Sequence record: SRR22947727_329
Reading direction: 5' to 3' (one strand)
DNA: 48,654 nucleotides
The notes beneath the pieces were generated by a model. It searched no databases and was not told the DNA's origin. It saw only the letters and a program-made list of their open reading frames with translations. Positions 8,661-16,341 of the stretch are shown here, piece by piece. The position numbers and the translations under genes are program-made. Numbering within the stretch: the stretch's first letter is position 1; each line of letters opens with the position of its first letter.

Positions 8661-9422
8661 ATGTCATCAATTTTTTGGATTGATTTGCAGCCTTCTGTTT
8701 TTTGCTTTAATAAGAAGCTTGCTTGCATTTTAAGTCAGTCAAGGCATGTACGCCGTTGGTCTTTTCAGCATGATCTTGATGAGATCTGTTCATTGTCAAC
8801 AATTTTTGATTTTCTTAGGGAAACTGTTGATGAATTAGATTCACCCCCTCATGTTGTAGCACATGGGCTTAGTGGCACTATTGCTTCGTTATTTGCGCGT
8901 CAATTCCCAACATTATTTGGGTCTCTCACCTTGATTTCTGTAGACCCAATCTCTACTAATCAATGGTCGAGTCATTACTTGGAAATGAGACGAAAATTAC
9001 CCTGCTCAAGATCTTCTATTTTGTCCCATATTGTGCCACTTTTGTTCGATAAACAATTCAATCCAACTAATTTAGCTCTTTCTGGTTTTTTTGAAAAATG
9101 TCTTGATTCCGATTTCATACCTGGTTCAATTGCTTCTCATTCTCTTCTTCCTAACCTTTCTTCGATTGACATACCCTTGTCGGTCATTAACGGTTCTGAT
9201 GATTTTGTAGTGGATCAGAACTCTTCTCTGCGTTGGCAGCCTCATTTGAAGAATGGTGATCGCTTCTATTCATTGCCAGGGGGACATCATTTTTCTCACT
9301 TTACCCAGCCCAGGCTGTATGGAAACTTGATCAACTCTTTTCTTGAGATGATTCCAACTTCTTTTTCACCTATTTTCCCTAGTCAATTTCATAGTTCACT
9401 TTCGAGAAAGATTTCAACATGA
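8661..9422 (+). CDS. IsiC-like alpha/beta-hydrolase-fold protein
   Basis: HVVAHGLSG elbow, LTLISV, NGSDDFVV and GGHHFSHF; resembles the cyanobacterial iron-stress protein IsiC as I recall it; isiB is nearby. Confidence 0.7.
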   Translation: MSSIFWIDLQPSVFCFNKKLACILSQSRHVRRWSFQHDLDEICSLSTIFDFLRETVDELDSPPHVVAHGLSGTIASLFARQFPTLFGSLTLISVDPISTNQWSSHYLEMRRKLPCSRSSILSHIVPLLFDKQFNPTNLALSGFFEKCLDSDFIPGSIASHSLLPNLSSIDIPLSVINGSDDFVVDQNSSLRWQPHLKNGDRFYSLPGGHHFSHFTQPRLYGNLINSFLEMIPTSFSPIFPSQFHSSLSRKIST

Positions 9423-10378
9423 CAGAGTTTATTGATACCGATGTTTTGATTATTGGTGGTGGTCCGGCTGGTTGTTCTTGTGCTCTTTACACATCAAGGT
9501 CATCCTTGAAGACCTATATCTTAGACAAAAATAAATCTGTAGGGGCTTTAGCTATTACCCATAAAATTGCTAATTATCCGGGTGTCTCTAATGAGATTTC
9601 TGGGTCTGATCTGCTTGATATGATGAGAGATCAAGCTACTTCTTATGGAACAAACTATATACGAGCTCAGGTTTTTAGTCTGGATTTGTCTGGAGAGCAT
9701 AAACTTGTTTATACACCAGAAGGTGTCTTTCGTTCTCGTACGATCGTTTTAGCGACTGGCGCGATGGGTCGGACATCGACTCTTCCAGGTGAAAAAGAGT
9801 TTTTAGGTCGCGGTGTTAGTTACTGTGCAACCTGTGATGCCGCTTTTTATCGCAATGAGGATGTCTTGGTTTATGGTTCAAATCAAGAAGCCGTTGATGA
9901 GGCACTTGTTCTTACTAAATTCGCCAAAACTGTTCATTGGGTTACCAGTGGTAAACCAAGTCGATCTACGAATCGGGTTGAATTACTCACTGATCTTCCC
10001 AATGTCAAGCAATGGGAACGCACTAAGTTATTATCTATTCACGGGAATGATGCTGGATTGAATTTTGCAAAAGTTCAATCCACGAAAGACAAGGTAACTT
10101 TTACTTTGGATGTTGCCGGAGCTTTTTTATACTCTACAGGTACGCTTCCGATCACCGATTTCCTTCATGGACTTATTCCACTTCGTGCCGATGGTGGAGT
10201 TGATGTGGATGACAATATGATGACTTCTGTTCCAGGTGTTTGGGCTATAGGTGACATTCGTAATACCCCTTTTAAGCAGGCTGTTGTTGCGTGCTCAGAT
10301 GGTTGTATCGCTGCAATGTCAATTGATAAATATCTAAACTCTAGAACTGAGTTTCGTGTTGATTGGGTCCACAAATGA
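9419..10378 (+). CDS. Thioredoxin-reductase-family flavoprotein, probably ferredoxin-dependent (FFTR/DTR type)
   Basis: IIGGGPAG FAD motif, GRGVSYCATCD, TSVPGVWAIGD; the NADPH motif position reads YGSNQEA with no HRR; C-terminal tail RVDWVHK; ATGA overlap with the upstream gene. Confidence 0.85.
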   Translation: MTEFIDTDVLIIGGGPAGCSCALYTSRSSLKTYILDKNKSVGALAITHKIANYPGVSNEISGSDLLDMMRDQATSYGTNYIRAQVFSLDLSGEHKLVYTPEGVFRSRTIVLATGAMGRTSTLPGEKEFLGRGVSYCATCDAAFYRNEDVLVYGSNQEAVDEALVLTKFAKTVHWVTSGKPSRSTNRVELLTDLPNVKQWERTKLLSIHGNDAGLNFAKVQSTKDKVTFTLDVAGAFLYSTGTLPITDFLHGLIPLRADGGVDVDDNMMTSVPGVWAIGDIRNTPFKQAVVACSDGCIAAMSIDKYLNSRTEFRVDWVHK

Positions 10379-10383
10379 CAGAC

Positions 10384-10416
10384 AAAAGGCGCTCATTGTG
10401 GGCGCCTTATGTTTTG
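10384..10416. terminator. Probable bidirectional intrinsic terminator
   Basis: AAGGCGCTCA-ttg-TGGGCGCCTT hairpin with an A-run before and a T-rich tail after, between the convergent reductase and isiB stops. Confidence 0.7.
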
Positions 10417-10420
10417 GCTT

Positions 10421-10930
10421 TTATGCTTCTAAATTTATTTGTTTGACCCAGTCACTTAGGCGTTGATCTGTTAAATCAGACTCATTGTCTTCGTCAATTG
10501 CTAAGCCGCAAAATTTTCCGTCAATCACACTTTTTGATTCTGCAAATGTATAGCTGTCTGTTGGTACTTTTCCAATAAGTTTTGCACCGGCTTGTAGGAA
10601 GGCAGTATATAACTCTTCCATTGCATCACAGAAGTAATCTGAATAGGAAGATGAATCTCCAAGGCCTAAAATTGCTACTGATTTTCCGCTGAAATCCATG
10701 CTTGGTATTTCTTCGGCATAAGTATCCCAGGCAGTACCAGAGCGACCTTCATCTGCCCCTGTATTCCATGTAGGAACACAGCAAATGAGTGCCTCTGCTT
10801 CAGCTAGCTCTGCTGCAGATCCGATGCTGTCTACATCTTTGCTTTCTGTACCTGGTAATAGCTCTTTGAGTTTGTCGGCAACATCCTCAGTCTTTCCTGT
10901 GGAGGTTGCAAAAAAAATGGTGTAAGCCAT
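10421..10930 (-). CDS. isiB: Long-chain flavodoxin IsiB
   Basis: IFFATSTGKTE FMN loop, VPTWNTG, GLGDSSSYSDYFCDAM, GLAIDEDNESDLT. Confidence 0.95.
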   Translation of the reverse strand: MAYTIFFATSTGKTEDVADKLKELLPGTESKDVDSIGSAAELAEAEALICCVPTWNTGADEGRSGTAWDTYAEEIPSMDFSGKSVAILGLGDSSSYSDYFCDAMEELYTAFLQAGAKLIGKVPTDSYTFAESKSVIDGKFCGLAIDEDNESDLTDQRLSDWVKQINLEA

Positions 10931-10940
10931 GACGTTATCG

Positions 10941-10960
10941 TTGACGCATCTATTCTCAAT
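10941..10960 (-). promoter_or_regulatory. Possible Fur-box-like site upstream of isiB (half-site only)
   Basis: Minus strand ATTGAGAATAGATGCGTCAA: a good ATTGAGAAT half-site 22-30 nt before the ATG, with a poor second half. Confidence 0.3.
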
Positions 10961-11025
10961 GTTTTTGTCTTCCCGATTTGTGCGATTGAATGTTGTTTGC
11001 TGTTTATTCTTATGATTTTACAGGT

Positions 11026-11214
11026 TCATTGCATTCTTTGTTTGTGATCATACGATACTTCTATTGGATTAATTTGTATGGACTCATTGTATTCTCCGAG
11101 CGTTTGCTCAAGCCCGTTCTGTCCAACCTTTTTAAGCCAGCGCTCCCTATTGATTCTGCTTGACTCAATGGTCTCAATGAATGATTCAAGAAGACTGATG
11201 TGTTTTTCTTTCAT
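11026..11214 (-). CDS. Hypothetical 62-aa protein
   Basis: ATG preceded by purine-rich AAGGAAAGGAA; 26 bp downstream of the 11241 ORF; co-oriented with isiB. Confidence 0.55.
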   Translation of the reverse strand: MKEKHISLLESFIETIESSRINRERWLKKVGQNGLEQTLGEYNESIQINPIEVSYDHKQRMQ

Positions 11215-11240
11215 GGATTTGTTTCCTTTCCTTGGTTTTT

Positions 11241-11537
11241 TTAATTTTCGTTGCTTTGACAGCCGCCTCTGTTTTGTAATTCTTTTTCCGCTGAATTAAT
11301 TGTGTTGTAGGCAGAAATTGCTGTTGCTCTGAGTTCCGCAAGAAATACAAGGCATGATTTACAGTTTTGCTCATCTGCAATATCCATCAGCTCAGCAAGA
11401 GATGTGGTTGCATGGCTTAACTCTGATTTTGCCTTTGTAAGGTTGATGGCTACTAAATTGATTGCTTGACTTGCATCGTTTTTTCGATGACGATTCTCGA
11501 GTGCTTGTCGAAATGCTTCTAAGTTTTCCATTTCCAA
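11241..11537 (-). CDS. Hypothetical helical protein with a central CxxC
   Basis: 98-codon ORF (TTG; ATG at 11531); two heptad-like helices flank NCKSCL. Confidence 0.6.
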   Translation of the reverse strand: MEMENLEAFRQALENRHRKNDASQAINLVAINLTKAKSELSHATTSLAELMDIADEQNCKSCLVFLAELRATAISAYNTINSAEKELQNRGGCQSNEN

Positions 11538-11911
11538 TTTTTTACAACCTTATGGTTTGACAACATCAATTCTGTTTGCTTGTGTCTTATATTCTGTATC
11601 ATAATTGTCGTTGCTGCGTATCTATTTTATGTTTGCAGGCTGTTGGATTATTCTGCTTTTTTGCAGTGAGGTGTAATTTTCCTAGCCATCTCTCTTGCGC
11701 CGTGTGTTTGTCTTTTTTCTGGCCACTGTGCTTGAACTCTGATTGATTGTTTGTTTTTACCCTGTCTTCCTCTTGTTTTCTGTGTTATGCAGTTTTTCTG
11801 TTTGATGAGCCGTTTGGTTTTCTCTTTGTGTGTCGGTTGAACTTTAAGATTTATTTGTTAGGTCATCGGACCGCTCTCTACTAGGTTTGTAGGTGATGAA
11901 GGGATTGTCTT

Positions 11912-12163
11912 ATGGACCAATGGCATGAGCGCAAAAGGCCAGTTTGCCTCGAGCGCCGATTTGAGTTTGAAAGCTACAGTGACACACGTGATTTCCTTGA
12001 TCGTCTCGGCGATTTCAGCGAAGCGAAACAGAGATTTCCTGATATTAGTTTTGGCCGAACCTATGTGAACATCACTCTGCGCCCAGAGGCTGAGGGCGAT
12101 GATAGTCAGCTCAGCGATGATGATCGTAGCTTCGCTTTAGAGATTGATGCCCTCTTCTGTTGA
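11912..12163 (+). CDS. Pterin-4a-carbinolamine dehydratase-like protein (alpha-carboxysome Rubisco assembly factor, acRAF type)
   Basis: [20 protein letters not shown]...[15 protein letters not shown]; overlaps the cbbX start. Confidence 0.85.
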   Translation: MDQWHERKRPVCLERRFEFESYSDTRDFLDRLGDFSEAKQRFPDISFGRTYVNITLRPEAEGDDSQLSDDDRSFALEIDALFC

Positions 12164-13070
12164 TCTGGCGGCTGCTTATGCCGAGTCAGGCGTTGCGGAG
12201 GTTCTTGACCAGCTAGACCAGGAGCTCATTGGTTTGCTGCCAGTGAAGACGCGCATTCGTGAAATCGCGGCTTTGTTTCTGGTGGATCGTGCCCGTCAAC
12301 AGTTGGATTTGCAAACCACTGCTCCCGGACTACATATGTCGTTTACTGGAAGACCAGGGACGGGGAAGACCACGGTCGCTAAACGAATTTCGCAAATTCT
12401 TTATCGGCTTGGCTATTTGCGAAAGGGACATGTTGTCACCGTGACTCGAGATGATCTCGTGGGTCAATATGTTGGTCATACTGCTCCTAAAACGCGTGAG
12501 ATGATCAAGCGTTCTCTGGGTGGTGTTCTATTCATTGATGAAGCCTATTATCTCTATAAGTCTGATAACGAACGTGACTATGGGGCCGAAGCGATTGAAA
12601 TACTCTTGCAAGATATGGAGAATCAGCGATCAGACTTTGTGGTGATTTTTGCTGGTTATAAGGATCGTATGGCCAGTTTTTACCAATCCAATTCGGGGCT
12701 TTCCTCGCGAGTGGCTCATCACATCGACTTTCCTGATTACAGCGAAGATGAGCTCATGGGGATTGCCCTTTTGTTGCTCACTCAGCAGGATTACCACTTC
12801 AGCGAATCAGCGCATGATGCCTTCAGCCTTTACATCAACAGGAGATGTCAGTTGCCACACTTTGCGAATGCTCGTTCCATTCGGAATGCCCTTGATCGTT
12901 TGAGGCTTCGTCAAGCGAATCGGTTATTTTCTCGCCTCGATCAATCTCTTAGTCGAGATGATCTGACCACCATCGAAGCAGAAGATGTTTTTGCAAGTCG
13001 CGTGTTCCAGGGTGAGATTGAGGGTCGCGATCCTTCTCAGCCCTTGACAAAGATTTCGGGTTCTTCTTGA
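12147..13070 (+). CDS. cbbX: CbbX AAA+ protein (Rubisco activase family)
   Basis: [14 protein letters not shown] Walker [12 protein letters not shown] pore loop, LFIDEAYYL Walker [10 protein letters not shown]. Confidence 0.95.
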   Translation: MPSSVDLAAAYAESGVAEVLDQLDQELIGLLPVKTRIREIAALFLVDRARQQLDLQTTAPGLHMSFTGRPGTGKTTVAKRISQILYRLGYLRKGHVVTVTRDDLVGQYVGHTAPKTREMIKRSLGGVLFIDEAYYLYKSDNERDYGAEAIEILLQDMENQRSDFVVIFAGYKDRMASFYQSNSGLSSRVAHHIDFPDYSEDELMGIALLLLTQQDYHFSESAHDAFSLYINRRCQLPHFANARSIRNALDRLRLRQANRLFSRLDQSLSRDDLTTIEAEDVFASRVFQGEIEGRDPSQPLTKISGSS

Positions 13071-13074
13071 GCCG

Positions 13075-13299
13075 TCAGTGCTTGGGTTGATCCAGATCCC
13101 GCCGAATCAATGCCAACAAATAGGACGGTGCTTTGTAGCGACCTGGAAGGCAGCGATTCAGTGTTTCCAGGTGCCCCCAGCACACGGTTCGTTCAATGTC
13201 CTTAATGCTTCGCCCCTCTTTGAGAAGTCTCCGGAGGGCTTTGCAGTACAGGGGGTAGCCCGCTTCGAGTTCGCCAATGGTCAGCTTGGCTTGGGCCAT
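13075..13299 (-). CDS. Conserved cyanobacterial small protein (DUF3136-like)
   Basis: MAQAKLTIGELEAGYPLYCKALRRL...RTVCWGHLETLNRCLP; likely ATG at 13299. Confidence 0.75.
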   Translation of the reverse strand: MAQAKLTIGELEAGYPLYCKALRRLLKEGRSIKDIERTVCWGHLETLNRCLPGRYKAPSYLLALIRRDLDQPKH

Positions 13300-13369
13300 G
13301 GGGTCTCTCAGCATCGTCTCAACCTAAGAAACCGTGGGCCCCCCTTCTTGTGGAGGGCCCATTCCATGC

Positions 13370-13768
13370 TCAGTTCAACCAGGCAATGCAATCAATTTCT
13401 ACTTTTGAGCCTTTTGGCAATGCTGCAACCTGAACGCAAGCTCTGGCAGGGCTAACTCCATCACCAAACACCTCGGCATAAATGGCATTGACGGCTTGAA
13501 AATCACCAAGATCCACCAGAAATACTGTGGTGCGCACGACTTTTGAGGGGTCGGTGCCGGCCTCTTGAAGTACAGCTTTTAAGTTGCTCAGCACTTGGCG
13601 GGTCTCAGCCTCCACATTTCCGTCTCCCACCATCGCTCCAGTTGCAGGATCAAGCGGAATTTGTCCGGAGCAATACAGCCAACCACCGGCGATCACAGCC
13701 TGGTTGTAAGGCCCCACCGGAGCTGGTGCCTCTTGGGTGATGACAGCCTTAAGTGGGGTGGATGACAT
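13370..13768 (-). CDS. ridA: RidA/YjgF family enamine-imine deaminase
   Basis: APAPVGPYNQA, CSGQIPLDP, PARACVQVAALPKG, VEIDCIA. Confidence 0.92.
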   Translation of the reverse strand: MSSTPLKAVITQEAPAPVGPYNQAVIAGGWLYCSGQIPLDPATGAMVGDGNVEAETRQVLSNLKAVLQEAGTDPSKVVRTTVFLVDLGDFQAVNAIYAEVFGDGVSPARACVQVAALPKGSKVEIDCIAWLN

Positions 13769-13811
13769 GGTTACGGCTCAGAATGAAATCTCATTTTCGC
13801 GTTCCGTGTTG

Positions 13812-14888
13812 ATGGAGTCGTGGCCGGTTGAGCTTGAGGGTCTCTGGCACCGCTATGGCGGCGCAGATGAAGCTTGGATTTTGAAAGACATCAATCTTCA
13901 GTTGAAGACGGGTGAGCTTGTGGGTTTGCTGGGGCCATCAGGCTGCGGAAAAACCACGCTTTTGCGTTTGATCGCTGGTTTTGAACATCCCAGCCAGGGC
14001 GTGGTTCGACTGCATGGGAATGACGTCGCGTCGTCGCGCTTGCGCCTCGCTCCAGAGCGCCGTGGCGTGGGCATGGTCTTTCAGGACTACGCCCTCTTTC
14101 CCCATCTCAACGCTTGGGAGAACACATGCTTTGGCCTTCGTCGTGGACAGGACACCAGCCGTGCCTCATGGTTGCTCGAACTTTTGGGGCTGACCGATCT
14201 CAAAGGACGCTACCCGCATGAATTATCGGGGGGGCAACGTCAGCGTTTGGCTCTCGCAAGGGCTCTCGCGCCTGCGCCCTCTGTTTTGTTGCTGGACGAA
14301 CCCTTCTCCAACCTTGATGTTGAAGTGCGTTTGCGATTGCGCAGTGAGCTACCCGGAGTGCTCAGTGCGTGCGGGGCTAGTGGTTTGTTGGTGACCCACG
14401 ACCCGGAGGAGGCCCTTGCTATCTGCGGGCGGGTTGCCATTCTTCGTGACGGTCAACTTCATCAATGCGCTACTCCCCGTGAGCTCGTGGAAGTCCCGGC
14501 AACACCCTTTGTGGGCCGGTTTGTGCTTCAACGCAATGTGCTCCCGGTCTGGAGGGACGGATCCACGTCGTTGTGCCGTTGTTTGCTTGGTGATCTGGAG
14601 ATTCCAGAAGGGCAGCGGTCTATGGCGCTTCCTGATGACGCCACCGTTTTAGTTGATCCGGCATTGATCGATTTGGCTCCTGATCCTTCAGGAGATGCCT
14701 ATGTGATGGGGCGGGAGTTTTTGGGTCGCTCCTGGCTGTATCGCATTCAGATTGGAGATCAGCAGTTGCGTCTCATCAGGCCTCTTGCTGAAGACCATCA
14801 GAGGGGATTGCGCTGCAAGCTTTCTTTGCAACAAAACAGTGAGGTTCTGCTCCATCCTCAGTGCCTTTCACTTCAAGTTTTGAATTGA
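13812..14888 (+). CDS. ABC transporter ATP-binding subunit, Fe(III)/polyamine (FutC/PotA-like) family
   Basis: GPSGCGKT, MVFQDYALFPHL, LSGGQRQR, LLLDEPFSNLD; start moved to ATG 13812 to avoid overlap with ridA. Confidence 0.85.
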   Translation: MESWPVELEGLWHRYGGADEAWILKDINLQLKTGELVGLLGPSGCGKTTLLRLIAGFEHPSQGVVRLHGNDVASSRLRLAPERRGVGMVFQDYALFPHLNAWENTCFGLRRGQDTSRASWLLELLGLTDLKGRYPHELSGGQRQRLALARALAPAPSVLLLDEPFSNLDVEVRLRLRSELPGVLSACGASGLLVTHDPEEALAICGRVAILRDGQLHQCATPRELVEVPATPFVGRFVLQRNVLPVWRDGSTSLCRCLLGDLEIPEGQRSMALPDDATVLVDPALIDLAPDPSGDAYVMGREFLGRSWLYRIQIGDQQLRLIRPLAEDHQRGLRCKLSLQQNSEVLLHPQCLSLQVLN

Positions 14889-14893
14889 TGTGA

Positions 14894-15658
14894 TCAACCT
14901 CTCCAATTGTCTTTGTGTTGACGCAGACGTCCCAATTGTTCGGCGCTGGTTGCCCGTAAGAACAAATTGGAGCGCCACTCCTCGGCAATGCTGCTGGGAA
15001 GGGTTAGGGAACCTGACCGACGTTTCGCCTGAACCTCCTGCAGTCGGTTTGTGATGAGGGCATCGTTAGGCACCTGTTGCGCGGCCCAGCGAAGATTTCC
15101 CTCGGTGTATTCGTGAGCGCAGCAGACCAAGGTGTCTGGGGGCAGAGACCCCAGCCTTTGCAGAGCGCGGTGCATGTCCGCAGGGGTTCCCTCAAAGAGC
15201 CTTCCACATCCGCCGCTGAACATGGTGTCGCCGCAGAACAACACACTGGTTCGAGAGGTTGAGCACGCTCCCTCTGGCAACCAGTAAGCAATGTGAGCTC
15301 GGGTATGGGCATGCACATCCATAACCCTTACGGGCCTGCCCAGGAGCTCAATGGCGTCACCGTCGTGGACGGACAGCGTTTGAAATGGGATGCGCTCTAG
15401 GTCGTCCGCAGCGGCCACGACTTCAGCTGATGACCAGCGTTGAAGAAGTCCAGGGGTGCCGCCGATATGGTCGGAGTGGTGATGGGTCTGAAGCACTGCG
15501 ACGAGCTGCAGCCCACGCGTGTCGAGCCAGTCGATGATGGGTTCAGAGACGGCAGGATCGATGACGATGGCCTGATTGCCATGCACCCAAACCCAGACGA
15601 TGTTGTCGCTGAGGACGGCTACTGGGTGGATGCCATCAATCGTGGAGGCCATCGCCAT
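14894..15658 (-). CDS. gloB: Hydroxyacylglutathione hydrolase (glyoxalase II)
   Basis: [38 protein letters not shown]; start approximate. Confidence 0.92.
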   Translation of the reverse strand: MAMASTIDGIHPVAVLSDNIVWVWVHGNQAIVIDPAVSEPIIDWLDTRGLQLVAVLQTHHHSDHIGGTPGLLQRWSSAEVVAAADDLERIPFQTLSVHDGDAIELLGRPVRVMDVHAHTRAHIAYWLPEGACSTSRTSVLFCGDTMFSGGCGRLFEGTPADMHRALQRLGSLPPDTLVCCAHEYTEGNLRWAAQQVPNDALITNRLQEVQAKRRSGSLTLPSSIAEEWRSNLFLRATSAEQLGRLRQHKDNWRG

Positions 15659-15687
15659 CGTTAAAGTTCTGCTCAACGCTTGATTCC

Positions 15688-16341
15688 ATGATCACTGTTG
15701 CCCTAGCCAAGGGAGCACTTCTGAAAGATTCAGTGGCCCGCTTTGCGGCGGCCGGGCTCGACTTTTCTGCAGTTCTCGACCCCGATAACAGGCAACTGAT
15801 GGTTCCATCTGCATGTGGTCGAGCCAGAGCTTTGCTTGTGAGGAACGGAGATGTTCCTGTCTACGTGGCCTATGGGCAAGCTCAACTTGGAGTGGTTGGG
15901 TACGACGTTTTGCGGGAGCACCAGATGCCTGTCGCGCAATTGGTTGACCTGGGCTTTGGAGGGTGCCGTATGGCAGTGGCTGTGAAGGCCAGCAGTGGAT
16001 ATCAGCGGGCGACGGATCTTCCTCCCCATTGCCGAGTGGCAAGCAAATTCACCCGCTGTGCACGCGACTACTTCGATGCCATCGATTTGCCTGTGGAACT
16101 TGTCCACCTCACGGGTTCGGTGGAGCTAGGTCCGATTACCGGGATCGCTGAAGCGATTGTTGATTTGGTGGCTACGGGCAGGACGCTCCGCGATAACGGG
16201 TTAGTTGCAATCGAAGATCTTTTCCTTACGACGGCTCGTTTGGTGGGCCACCCCCTGTCATTGCGCCTTGATCAAGGCGATCTGCGCCAGATCGTTGAGG
16301 CGATGCGATCTACAACACCAGTGTCCAAGGTGACCAGCTGA
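15688..16341 (+). CDS. hisG: ATP phosphoribosyltransferase, short form
   Basis: [40 protein letters not shown]. Confidence 0.95.
   Translation: MITVALAKGALLKDSVARFAAAGLDFSAVLDPDNRQLMVPSACGRARALLVRNGDVPVYVAYGQAQLGVVGYDVLREHQMPVAQLVDLGFGGCRMAVAVKASSGYQRATDLPPHCRVASKFTRCARDYFDAIDLPVELVHLTGSVELGPITGIAEAIVDLVATGRTLRDNGLVAIEDLFLTTARLVGHPLSLRLDQGDLRQIVEAMRSTTPVSKVTS

Larger units (their letters stand above)
7147..11880. other. AT-rich accessory insert (iron/redox genes) interrupting the carboxysome locus
   Basis: Visible drop in GC right after the cupB stop, recovering near 11870; low gene density and small orphans; no integrase or transposase seen. Confidence 0.75.

Noticed and set aside
11078-11380. 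Alternative ORFs 11078..11299 (+) and 11186..11380 (-)
   Set aside because: Shadow or alternate frames of the two better-supported minus-strand ORFs.
11650-11860. Roughly 70-codon stop-free frame on the minus strand
   Set aside because: No usable start (ATG ACC TAA precedes it); lack of stops is expected on a T-poor strand.
7135-11880. Direct repeats or att sites at the insert borders (GCTCTTCTCTA versus GCTCTCTA)
   Set aside because: Too short and imperfect; no integrase or tRNA nearby.
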